Positions 19,945-28,422 of a DNA stretch of 64,000 bases are shown here, one piece after another; within the stretch, counting starts at the first letter, position 1; the number at the start of each line of letters is the position of its first letter. Position numbers and translations under genes: made by a program. Below the pieces are notes generated by a model that worked only from the letters and a program-made list of their open reading frames with translations, did no database searches and was not told the origin of the DNA. The stretch comes from an uncultured delta proteobacterium (GTDB taxonomy: Bacteria > Myxococcota > Kuafuiibacteriia > Kuafuiibacteriales > Kuafuiibacteriaceae), in assembly GCA_963803435.1 (NCBI GenBank), contig CAWDML010000001.1:2560001-2624000 (forward strand), given 5' to 3'.

Positions 19945-21897
19945 TCAGTGCGTGTAGCGCTCGATGAACTCGAGGGCGCGCTGGTGGGCCATCAGGTTGT
20001 TGCCGGGATCGCGGAAGCCGTGGCCCTCGTCCGGCACGAAGAGCGTCTCGACGGGCTTCTTCTGCGCCTGGAGCGCCTTCGCGATCGCCTCGGCCTGGGA
20101 GAACGGCGCCCGCTCGTCAGCCTCCCCGTGGATGAGGAGGACGGGGACCTGGATCCGATCCACGCCGTGGATCGGCGAGACCGCCGCCAGCGCCGCCGCG
20201 TCGTCACCGAGCTGCCGCTTCAGGTAGGCCACGCCGAACTCGCTCTCCTGAAGGTCACCCTCCTGGAAAAGCCCGGCGAGATCGTAGACGCCTGCGTACG
20301 CCACGGCGCAGCGGAAGAGCTTCGGCGCGCGGATCGCGCTCTCGAGCGCGGAGTAGCCGCCGAAGCTCGCGCCGTAGATCGCGATGCGCGCGGGATCGGC
20401 CACGCCCTCTCCGATCGCCCAGCGCACCGCCTCGATGATGTCGTCCTGGATCCGATCGCCCCAGTGGAGGTCACCGGCGCGGGTCAGCTTCATCCCGTAG
20501 CCACCCGAACCGCGATAGTTCAGCTGGAGCACCGCGAAGCCGAACTTCGCGAACATCTGCACCTCCGGGTCGAAACGCCACTCGTCGTAAAGGTTCGTCG
20601 GACCGCCGTGCGGGATCACGACCATCGGCAGCATCTTGTCGCTCTTGCCGGCGGGCGTGGTCAGATAGCCGTGGAGCTCGACGCCATCGCTGGCGGTGAT
20701 CTTGAACGCCTCCATCGGGCTCATCGCCGTGACGTCGACCCCCTCGCGGATCGAGAACAGCGCCTTCGCGTCGTCGCCGACGACCAGATGGAAGACGCCC
20801 GGAAGCCGGTCGCTGTAGACCTTGGCGAGCGCGACCTTCCCGTCGGTGCTCATGCTGGTGACCCGGGCGTGGTACTGGGGATACTTCTCCTTCAGCACGC
20901 CGAGCACCCGCGTGATCGGTCGGGTCTCGTCGAGGATGTCCCACACCGGATAGTCGGGCTCGTAGTCCACCGCCGCCGGAGCGCCGGTCTCGGGATCGAA
21001 CAGGATCTCCCGCGGCGCCGAGCCCGCGTGGCGGGAGAGCAGCCGTTGTCCGCCGTCGAGCGAGAGCGCGAAGAGCCCCGGCCCCTCGTCGTCCTCCTCG
21101 ACCAGGTAGATCTCGCGCTTCACCGACGACCACCCCTCGATCTGGATGCCGGGGCTGAGCGCGGCGGTGTCGAGCGGCTGCCAACCATCTTTCGCGTTGG
21201 TCAGCAGGAACGCATGGTAGTCGCCGTCGGAACCCTCCGAGAGGGCGACCCGAACGTCCCCGGCTCCGTCCGTGAAGTAGGTGTCGACGTCGCCCGGTCC
21301 CGCCAGCACGCTCCGGTGAACGCCGGTCTGGACGTCGACCGCCACGACCTCGCTCTGGTTCGTGCCGCGCGCGTTGTCGGACCACCGCCGAGAGAACACC
21401 AGGATCTTGCCCGGATCGTTCGGGAGCGGATCCAGGATCGTCCCGAACGCGCGCACCGCCTCGGCCTTCTTGATGTGCGAGCCGGTCTGCATCTCGGTGG
21501 TCTGGCGGAAGCTGAAGACGAGCTTCGGATTGGAGCCGTCAACGTCGACGGCCATGATCTCGCCGGTCCGCGCCACCAGATCGAGGGGGCCGTACCGTTG
21601 GCCGAGCTCCATCACCAAACGGTCGTTGCTCGCCCACTCCATCGACCAGAGCACCAGCGGCGGCCTGAGCGCGCTGCCACCCAGAACCTTCAGGTCGGAC
21701 GTCTGCATGAACTCGACGCGGCTCTCCGTGCCGTCGAAGGAGCTGATCGCGATCCGGGTACCGTCGGGCGAGATCTTCGCGTCGTCGAAGTCGTCCGGTT
21801 TCGTGAAGATCCCAATCCCTCGCTCATCCGGTACGGAGGCCCGATGTGCACAGCCGATGAGGGTCAGCGCGGTGAGCGCCCAGAGAATTCTCTGCAC
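19945..21897 (-). CDS. S9 family (prolyl oligopeptidase/acylaminoacyl) peptidase lipoprotein
   Basis: Lipobox LIGC; HGGP, NYRGS, GASFGG, HGEADER, EGHG. Confidence 0.93.
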   Translation of the reverse strand: MQRILWALTALTLIGCAHRASVPDERGIGIFTKPDDFDDAKISPDGTRIAISSFDGTESRVEFMQTSDLKVLGGSALRPPLVLWSMEWASNDRLVMELGQRYGPLDLVARTGEIMAVDVDGSNPKLVFSFRQTTEMQTGSHIKKAEAVRAFGTILDPLPNDPGKILVFSRRWSDNARGTNQSEVVAVDVQTGVHRSVLAGPGDVDTYFTDGAGDVRVALSEGSDGDYHAFLLTNAKDGWQPLDTAALSPGIQIEGWSSVKREIYLVEEDDEGPGLFALSLDGGQRLLSRHAGSAPREILFDPETGAPAAVDYEPDYPVWDILDETRPITRVLGVLKEKYPQYHARVTSMSTDGKVALAKVYSDRLPGVFHLVVGDDAKALFSIREGVDVTAMSPMEAFKITASDGVELHGYLTTPAGKSDKMLPMVVIPHGGPTNLYDEWRFDPEVQMFAKFGFAVLQLNYRGSGGYGMKLTRAGDLHWGDRIQDDIIEAVRWAIGEGVADPARIAIYGASFGGYSALESAIRAPKLFRCAVAYAGVYDLAGLFQEGDLQESEFGVAYLKRQLGDDAAALAAVSPIHGVDRIQVPVLLIHGEADERAPFSQAEAIAKALQAQKKPVETLFVPDEGHGFRDPGNNLMAHQRALEFIERYTH

Positions 21898-21933
21898 GCG
21901 CGGACTCTAATCATCCGCCGGGCGCGCGTCGAC

Positions 21934-23187
21934 TCACTCGGTGCTCTCGAACACGAAGGGATACATGACGACCACGATGCCGCCGCCGTGGGGCCTGGGG
22001 AACGCCAGAGACTCGAGCACCTCCCGGACGCAGGACTCGACCCGCTCGTTCCCGAGCGTACTCTCTACGACCTGAGCTTTGGCCACCCGGCCAGTCGGGG
22101 CGATCGTGAACCGCGTGCTGATCTTGCCGCCCAGGTTCGGATCGGCCTGGAGCTGCTTCTCGTAGCAGTACTTGATCCGCGGCAGCGACCGCTCGATCAC
22201 CCGGGCCACCGCGCGGCGATCGAGGCCGCCCTGGAGCGTGACGTGCCGCTCCGGGATCCGGACCGTCCGCTTCCTCCCTCGGAGCGCCATCCCGGTGCCG
22301 TGCGGATCGCCGTAGACGCCGCGACCGTGGGTCCGGAGGCCGCCGATCGAGAGCGACCCGCCGCCGCCGCCCGCGCCGGTCCCCCGGGTGCCCATCCCTC
22401 CGGCGCCGCCTGCGTCGCCCAGCGCGCGGGAGCCCCGTACGCCGCCCAGCGCGACGGTGAGCCCCGGGCCAAAGTCGCTCGACAGCACCGAGGCGATCGC
22501 CCCGCCCGACCCGAGGGCCGAGAGGTCCCTGAGGAGGCCCGAGCCCAGCGCGATCGCCCGATCGCGCCGCCGCCGCTCAGCGTCCGTGCGCGGCGCCTGG
22601 TGCGTCTTCGCAGGACGGTCCACCGGCCCGAGCGCGCCCTCCGGCCCCAGGTGCTTGGCAGCGTCGGGATGCCCGCGAGGGGCGTCGGCCCGGCGCACCG
22701 GCTCGAGACGGATGTTCCGGATGTACGAGGGATGCGCCTCCAGCAGATCGACGCCGAACGGGCTCGCGGGCGGCGTCATGACGGCGGAGGCCACGAAGAA
22801 CGCGTGCGTGGTGGTGGAGAGCGCCAGCAGTCGCGGGTAGGCCCAGTCGATCCTCCGGGCCCGCTCCATCTCGATCCGCCCGTCGACCCGCCGGAGCTCG
22901 AGGATCAGGTTCGCCAACGGGAAGGTGACCGACGTCTCCGGGCCGAGCTCGACCTCGTGCTCGCTGGAGCGGACGCGGCGGCCGCCCGCACGCACGTGCG
23001 CGATCGATCCGCGGGGGACCCGCACCACCACCGTCGCGCCCCGCTTCTGGGCGATCACCAGGCCCGGCGGCGCGTCGATCTCGGCGAGGAGATCCTCGAT
23101 CCGCACGGCTCGATCGCGGAAGACGTGGACGCGATCGAGGATCGTGTCGCCCCAGTGAACCGTGATCTCGAGCGTGTCGTCCGCCAT
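21934..23187 (-). CDS. GltG/AgmX-like protein with TM helix and TonB/TolA-like C-terminal domain
   Basis: TM with SxxxH (ALSTTTH), Gly-rich linker, IKYCYEKQLQADPNLGGK..VESCV..FPRPHGGGIVVVMYPFVF. Confidence 0.85.
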   Translation of the reverse strand: MADDTLEITVHWGDTILDRVHVFRDRAVRIEDLLAEIDAPPGLVIAQKRGATVVVRVPRGSIAHVRAGGRRVRSSEHEVELGPETSVTFPLANLILELRRVDGRIEMERARRIDWAYPRLLALSTTTHAFFVASAVMTPPASPFGVDLLEAHPSYIRNIRLEPVRRADAPRGHPDAAKHLGPEGALGPVDRPAKTHQAPRTDAERRRRDRAIALGSGLLRDLSALGSGGAIASVLSSDFGPGLTVALGGVRGSRALGDAGGAGGMGTRGTGAGGGGGSLSIGGLRTHGRGVYGDPHGTGMALRGRKRTVRIPERHVTLQGGLDRRAVARVIERSLPRIKYCYEKQLQADPNLGGKISTRFTIAPTGRVAKAQVVESTLGNERVESCVREVLESLAFPRPHGGGIVVVMYPFVFESTE

Positions 23188-23241
23188 GCCCGATCGGACA
23201 CTGGCGAACGCCGGCCGGTTCCCCGCTTCGCTCGGTGTTCC

Positions 23242-23817
23242 CTACTCGGCGCGCGCCTGCTCGGCGAGCGTGCGTCCGGAGATCACGCGGTGCTGATCCT
23301 CGAAGCGCGTCGCCCACTCGGCCTCGATCAGGAGGAACGTCTCGCGATCCTTCCCCAGGCCACCGGCCACCACCTGATAGAACGCGTCGCGATACTTCAC
23401 CTTGCGCCCGTTCTGGTACGGGAACCGATAGCCCTCCGCCTCGAGCCCGGCCGTCGATGGCAGGTGATCGAACGGAAGCACGCCGTTCTCCTCGAAGCTC
23501 ACCCACAGGCGCTCGGGCTCGACCTTGACCACCAGCCCGGGCGTTCCGGCCGGGATCCGGATCTCCTCGATCATCTCTCCGTCGACGAACCGGTACGCGT
23601 GATCGCGCGTGACCGCGTGCTCGCTGGTATCGACCTGACGGCGCAACACCAGGTCGTCCGAGACGAAGAACTGGAGTCCCTCGACCTGCTTCGGCGAGAG
23701 ACGTCCGGGAGCTCTGAAGTCGTGGAGGAATGCGACCCGCTGGCTCGCGCAGCCGGCCGCTCCGATCGTCGAGACCACCGTCATGATCGCGAGGAGACGC
23801 GCTGTCCGTACCATGCC
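23242..23817 (-). CDS. Hypothetical lipoprotein (start uncertain)
   Basis: Lipobox AAGC; LQFFVSDDLVLRR, IPAGTPG. Confidence 0.7.
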   Translation of the reverse strand, partial: GMVRTARLLAIMTVVSTIGAAGCASQRVAFLHDFRAPGRLSPKQVEGLQFFVSDDLVLRRQVDTSEHAVTRDHAYRFVDGEMIEEIRIPAGTPGLVVKVEPERLWVSFEENGVLPFDHLPSTAGLEAEGYRFPYQNGRKVKYRDAFYQVVAGGLGKDRETFLLIEAEWATRFEDQHRVISGRTLAEQARAE

Positions 23818-23866
23818 GTCTGGGATAGCGCCGGGCTGCGGGACCGGCAAGAAAACGGCTCCCGGC

Positions 23867-24895
23867 TCAGTGAGAGCCCTCGTACGCGGCGACGCTCGGG
23901 TGCTGGCATCTCCGGCGACGGGACTCGATCACGATCCGCTGGATCAGCTCCTCGTAGCCGAAGCCGGCCGCGCCGGCGGCCATCACAAACTCGCCCTCGG
24001 GGTCGAGATAGCAGCTCGCGTTCACCTCGAGGACGAAGATGTCACCGGAGGCGTCGACGCGCAGATCGACGCGGCCATAATCGCGGACGCGCAGCGCTCG
24101 GTACGCGGCGAGCGCGACCTGCTTGAGGCGCTGCGCCAGGGCCTCGCTCAGGTCCGCCACCTTCGCGTGCGTACCGTGATACTCGGCGGACGAGCGATCG
24201 AACTTCGCCTTCGCGTCCATCACCTTGGGGAAGCCGTCGGGCAGCCCGGAGAAGTCCATCTCGATCGGCGGGAACGCGATCGGGTCGTCGTTGCCCACGA
24301 TGCCGACGTAGAACTCACGGCCCTCGATGTACTCCTCGACCAGCGCGGCGTCGTCGCACTCTTCATGGATCTCGCCGACGCGGCGCACGAGATCGCTCGT
24401 GCTCTGCACCACCGCCTTCGCGCCCGACTCGATCCCGATCGAAGCATCGAGCCGGAGCGGCTTCACGAAGAGCGGCATCTGCAGCCGTCCGCCGCAGTTC
24501 ACGTCGGCGCCCTTGGCGAAGACGGCGAACTTGGGAAAGTTGATCGATGCGAACGCCAGGATCTTCTTGGTGAGGCCCTTGTCGCCGGTGAGATAGAACT
24601 CGCCGGGACCGCCTCCCGTGTACGGGACGTCGAGAAGATCGAGCACGCCGACGGCGGCGACATCGCTTCCGATCGATCGCGCGCCGAACTGTTCCAGGAG
24701 ATTGAAGACGAGATCGGGATCCGTGGTGCGGATGCCGTCGACGAGGCGGCGAATGTCGTGGCTGACGGTCAAGACCGAGACATGATGCCCGTTCCGCTCC
24801 AGTGCCCGCACCACCCGGGGCACGACCTCGTCGACTTCGCCGTCACTCGGATCACGGTAAGCCAGGACCGTGACCCGGAGCTGTTCCTCCATCAA
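23867..24895 (-). CDS. D-Ala-D-Ala ligase-like ATP-grasp enzyme
   Basis: DLVFNL, VPYTG, DKGLTK, FVKP..ASIGI, VEEYIEGREF, YGRVDLR, LEVN. Confidence 0.9.
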   Translation of the reverse strand: MMEEQLRVTVLAYRDPSDGEVDEVVPRVVRALERNGHHVSVLTVSHDIRRLVDGIRTTDPDLVFNLLEQFGARSIGSDVAAVGVLDLLDVPYTGGGPGEFYLTGDKGLTKKILAFASINFPKFAVFAKGADVNCGGRLQMPLFVKPLRLDASIGIESGAKAVVQSTSDLVRRVGEIHEECDDAALVEEYIEGREFYVGIVGNDDPIAFPPIEMDFSGLPDGFPKVMDAKAKFDRSSAEYHGTHAKVADLSEALAQRLKQVALAAYRALRVRDYGRVDLRVDASGDIFVLEVNASCYLDPEGEFVMAAGAAGFGYEELIQRIVIESRRRRCQHPSVAAYEGSH

Positions 24896-24975
24896 ATACA
24901 GGTTCGCAGGAACCGGTCCCGAATCACAAGAGCCGGCGGCGCGCCTCGGCGACGATCTCGAGCCGGCGCCTTGTC

Positions 24976-27177
24976 GTGTGCGGTCCGGTACCCGCGGTCG
25001 CGCACCGGGTCGTCGAACGATCTGGGGCGAAGCGGGACAGGTGTGTCGATCGCGAGGTACAGTCGCGAACGGTGCGCTTCCCCCCCTTCGAGCGCCTGCG
25101 CTGGGATCCGACGGACACGCGCACGCAGTCGTTCATCGGCCGGGGATGGCTCCGCCGCACCGAGGACGTGACGGTCTACGCCGGCTTCGACGCCAACGCC
25201 TTCTCCCGCGCGCAGGCCGCGCGGCCCGCCGCCAAGCACCGCGACGGCTCGCTCGCCTGGATGGTCGAGGCCGTCCGCGCGCTCGATCCTCCCGCCTCCG
25301 CGGGTCCCGGAACCGCCCCACGCCAGGGCGCCCTCCAGCGGGCGACCGACCGCCGGCGCCTCCTGGAGCTCGCGAGGGGCCCGATGGCCTCCTACTCCCT
25401 GACGGAGATCGGCCGCTGGCTGGCGGCTTCCGGCGAGGAGCCCCGGTTCACGCCTCCGTACGTGCGGAGCCTGGCGAAGACCGCCGGGAGCCTGGGACGG
25501 CCGGTCGATCGCTACGGCGAGGAGCCCCACTTCCTGTTCGCGGCGCACCTCGCGTTCTACCTCCTCGGCGTCCCCAACGGCACGACCGAGGCTGAGGCGC
25601 TCGACGGCTTCGTCCGCGACCCGCGCATCGCCGCCCTCTATCTGTGGCCCGATTTCGAGCCCGAGGATCTGGAGCGCCTGCGCACGATCTACCCGTTCAT
25701 CCCCCGCTGGCCCGAGGGCAGGAAGACCGAGGACTGCCTCTCGCTCAGCACCCGGTTCCCCGAGACCGTCCGAGGCCGCCTGTACAGCGACCTGGTCCGG
25801 GAGATCCGCGCCCTCGCCCAGATCCCCATGACGGACGCCGTCCTCGAGGACCTGGCGGCGATCCGCGACGAGCGCGACCTGATGCGCAATGCCCGGCTGG
25901 TGGAGTGCACCGGGATCTTCGCCGATCTGGTCCCCCGGATGGAGCTGATGCTCTCGGCCGACGGCCTCGACGGTCACGACGTCCACATCGTCTCGAAGCA
26001 CTACTCGACCGATCCGCTGGTGGCCCAGACCGTGGCGCGCGTGTTCGGCGCCAAGATCGAGGTGGTCGAGGGCGACGAGGAGCTGGTCGCGCACACCAAG
26101 GCTGCGATCGAGCACGCCACCGAGCAGGGCCGCGATCGCGCGCCGCTGGTCGCACACATCGAGGGGATCAAGTCGTTCTGGGGCTGGCTAGCCGAGCACC
26201 AGCGCAGGCACCCGGAGGTCCGCATGGTGGGCGTCTCCCACACCACCAGCGACGGCCGCGATCTGCTCGCCAGCCTCGAGGGCACCAGCGGCACCGCACC
26301 GCTCCCGGTCGAGCTCATGTCGTTGTCCCCGGCCAAGGCCAAGGACGAGCGCAATCGCTTCAAGCATACCTTCGGCCGCCTGCTCTACGACGTCGGCGAC
26401 GCGCTCAACGACACCATCTTCAACCGCCACTTCCTGGTGCTCGGCTACGGCAGCATCATCGGCCCGGCGATGTGCGACGCACTGGACGCCGCCGACGTCC
26501 GCGACGTCGTCGTCTACGATCCCAATCCGGAGCGCCGGGCCGCCGCCCGCGAAGCCGGCTTCCAGGTCATCGACACGCTCGACAGCGAGTACGACCGCTC
26601 CCCGTTCATCATCTCCTGCGCGGGCACCCAGACCCTCGGACCGGAGCAGCTCGACCGCTTCACCGGCCATCCCACGCTGCTGTCGCTCGGCTCGGGACGC
26701 TACGAGTTCGCCATGGACCACCTGGAGGAACAGGCCAGGTCCCCCGGGGTCACGCGCCGCGAGATCGGCCTCCTCGGACACCAGCCGATCGTCGAGTACA
26801 CGCTGCCGAGCGGCACCACCTTCACGGCCCTCGCCGACGGCTACGTCGCGAACCTCGCCTACCCACGCCCGACGATCCCGGCGTACTCCGTCACCACGCC
26901 GCTGCTGGTCTGGGAGGCGATCCGCCAGGGCATCCATCACCTCGAGAACGGGCGCATGGGTACGCACATGTTCCGAACGATCGACATCGACGTGTCCGAC
27001 GGCGGCGCGCGCTGGCTGACGCTCTATCCCCGCGAGGTCGAGACGATGAGCCCGGAGGCGGTGCGCAAGAGCTTCATCGTCGGGACGATCGACCAGGCCA
27101 CCACGCACCCGTACATCTTCCGGATGGCCCGCCGCGCCCCCGTCGCCGTTAACGGTCCAGGGCCGGAGCGATGTTGA
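24976..27177 (+). CDS. Divergent S-adenosylhomocysteine hydrolase-like NAD-binding protein with unknown N-terminal region (start uncertain)
   Basis: LVLGYGSIIG, VVVYDPNPERR..GFQV, ISCAG, LSLGS..EF, ALADGYVANL follow the AdoHcyase NAD-domain pattern. Confidence 0.65.
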   Translation: MCGPVPAVAHRVVERSGAKRDRCVDREVQSRTVRFPPFERLRWDPTDTRTQSFIGRGWLRRTEDVTVYAGFDANAFSRAQAARPAAKHRDGSLAWMVEAVRALDPPASAGPGTAPRQGALQRATDRRRLLELARGPMASYSLTEIGRWLAASGEEPRFTPPYVRSLAKTAGSLGRPVDRYGEEPHFLFAAHLAFYLLGVPNGTTEAEALDGFVRDPRIAALYLWPDFEPEDLERLRTIYPFIPRWPEGRKTEDCLSLSTRFPETVRGRLYSDLVREIRALAQIPMTDAVLEDLAAIRDERDLMRNARLVECTGIFADLVPRMELMLSADGLDGHDVHIVSKHYSTDPLVAQTVARVFGAKIEVVEGDEELVAHTKAAIEHATEQGRDRAPLVAHIEGIKSFWGWLAEHQRRHPEVRMVGVSHTTSDGRDLLASLEGTSGTAPLPVELMSLSPAKAKDERNRFKHTFGRLLYDVGDALNDTIFNRHFLVLGYGSIIGPAMCDALDAADVRDVVVYDPNPERRAAAREAGFQVIDTLDSEYDRSPFIISCAGTQTLGPEQLDRFTGHPTLLSLGSGRYEFAMDHLEEQARSPGVTRREIGLLGHQPIVEYTLPSGTTFTALADGYVANLAYPRPTIPAYSVTTPLLVWEAIRQGIHHLENGRMGTHMFRTIDIDVSDGGARWLTLYPREVETMSPEAVRKSFIVGTIDQATTHPYIFRMARRAPVAVNGPGPERC

Positions 27178-27553
27178 GCGTGAACGTGGCCGAGGGAACC
27201 GACTCCCAGGAGCGCTTGTTCACCAGCGTCAGCTTGCCGCGCACCATGTCGGCCGGAAGATTCGGCGACACCTGGTAGGTGAAGACGCGGGATCCGCCGC
27301 TGCCGGGCTGGTTCGATCCGCCGACGTAGTCGCTCCGCAGCAGCTTGAGGAGCGGCGAGCTCCCCGACTCCTTGGGCTGCCAGGTGTAGCCGCTGCTCCC
27401 GCCGTTCTCGGGGAGCGAGATGCGGAAGATGGTCCCGGGGATCATCTTCGCGGTCGCGCCGTTGTCGCGCTCGAAGAAGGGACGGGCGAGCTCGACGGCG
27501 CCGGATCCGTCGCTGATCTTGCTTGCGCGCTGGGTGCTGGTCACGTCGTACAT
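27149..27553 (-). CDS. Protease inhibitor I42 (chagasin-like)
   Basis: ISLPEN..SGYTW, PGSGG..VFTY, RSWE loops; RBS AGGAG. Confidence 0.8.
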   Translation of the reverse strand: MYDVTSTQRASKISDGSGAVELARPFFERDNGATAKMIPGTIFRISLPENGGSSGYTWQPKESGSSPLLKLLRSDYVGGSNQPGSGGSRVFTYQVSPNLPADMVRGKLTLVNKRSWESVPSATFTLNIAPALDR

Positions 27554-27592
27554 GGTCTAACTCCTTGTTCTCTCGGTTGTTTGATTACTGTC

Positions 27593-27656
27593 CGATGATT
27601 ACCTACATCATCGACCTGCCGACCGGTCGCGACGCGCCCCGAGCGGACACTTGTCC
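27593..27656. promoter_or_regulatory. Two palindromes in the divergent I42/Crp intergenic region
   Basis: CGATGAT-N7-ATCATCG (27593-27613) and GGACA-CT-TGTCC (27645-27656). Confidence 0.35.
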
Positions 27657-27705
27657 CGTCCGATTTTTCGAGGCCGTCCTCTGCGCTCCGGGCGACATTC
27701 ATCTC

Positions 27706-28416
27706 GTGAACGTTCGCGAGCTCCTGAGGCGGAACCCAGTCCTCGCGATCGGTTCGGACCGCGCCCTCCTTCAGGTCGCCAGGGTGAGCGAAGCGAAGGT
27801 GTTCGAGCCGGGCGCGATCGCGGCGCGCCTGGGCAGCGAGGTGACGCACGTCCTCGTCGTGGCGAGTGGGCAGCTCGAGCTCTACCGCAAGAACAGAGAG
27901 GCCGACACGCAGATGCTGGTCGGCGTGATCGAGGCGCCCGCGATCCTGGGCGACGCCGAGCTCTACGCCGGCTCACCGTGGGTCGTCACGGTCCGCGCCT
28001 CCGATCAGAGCGTCGTCGTCCGCATCCCGGTCGCCGCCTACGATCGCATGGTCTCCTCGGATCCGAACATCGCGGCCGGCCTCTATCGCGACAGCTGCTC
28101 GCGACACCTGCTCGCCGTCGAGATCATGCAGGTGTTCGCGCTCCAGAAGACCGAGAACAAGATCCTCCGCCTCCTGATGAGCATCGCGCACGACGGCGAG
28201 GAGTCGGGCTACTCGGTCGCCCGCATCTCCCAGGTCCAGCTGGCGAACGCGCTCGGCCTCAACCCGAAGACGGTCCGCCGTCATCTCGCCGCGCTCGAGA
28301 AGCAGGGCGCCCTCGAGCGGCGCGGCGCCGAGATCCTGCTCCGGAACGAGCGCGCCCGGTTCGGCAAGCTCGGCCGGGGCTTCGGCGCCTCGTGGAAGCT
28401 GGCGCGCGGGCGTTGA
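27706..28416 (+). CDS. Crp/Fnr family transcriptional regulator
   Basis: cNMP-binding-like domain (VVASGQLELY, ILGDAEL) and HTH ISQVQLANALGLNPKTVRRHLAALEKQG. Confidence 0.88.
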   Translation: MNVRELLRRNPVLAIGSDRALLQVARVSEAKVFEPGAIAARLGSEVTHVLVVASGQLELYRKNREADTQMLVGVIEAPAILGDAELYAGSPWVVTVRASDQSVVVRIPVAAYDRMVSSDPNIAAGLYRDSCSRHLLAVEIMQVFALQKTENKILRLLMSIAHDGEESGYSVARISQVQLANALGLNPKTVRRHLAALEKQGALERRGAEILLRNERARFGKLGRGFGASWKLARGR

Positions 28417-28422
28417 TCGACC

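Noticed and set aside
19204-24126. 1640-aa + strand ORF and other long Arg/Leu-rich ORFs (695-3079, 7308-9503, 11275-13863, 31326-33749, 48256-51309)
   Set aside because: Antisense or alternate-frame shadows of real genes, expected in high-GC DNA; no domain signatures
23867-24895. Canonical ddl or van-type resistance ligase
   Set aside because: Lacks the N-terminal GGxSxE motif and has no dcw or van context; kept as Ddl-like only
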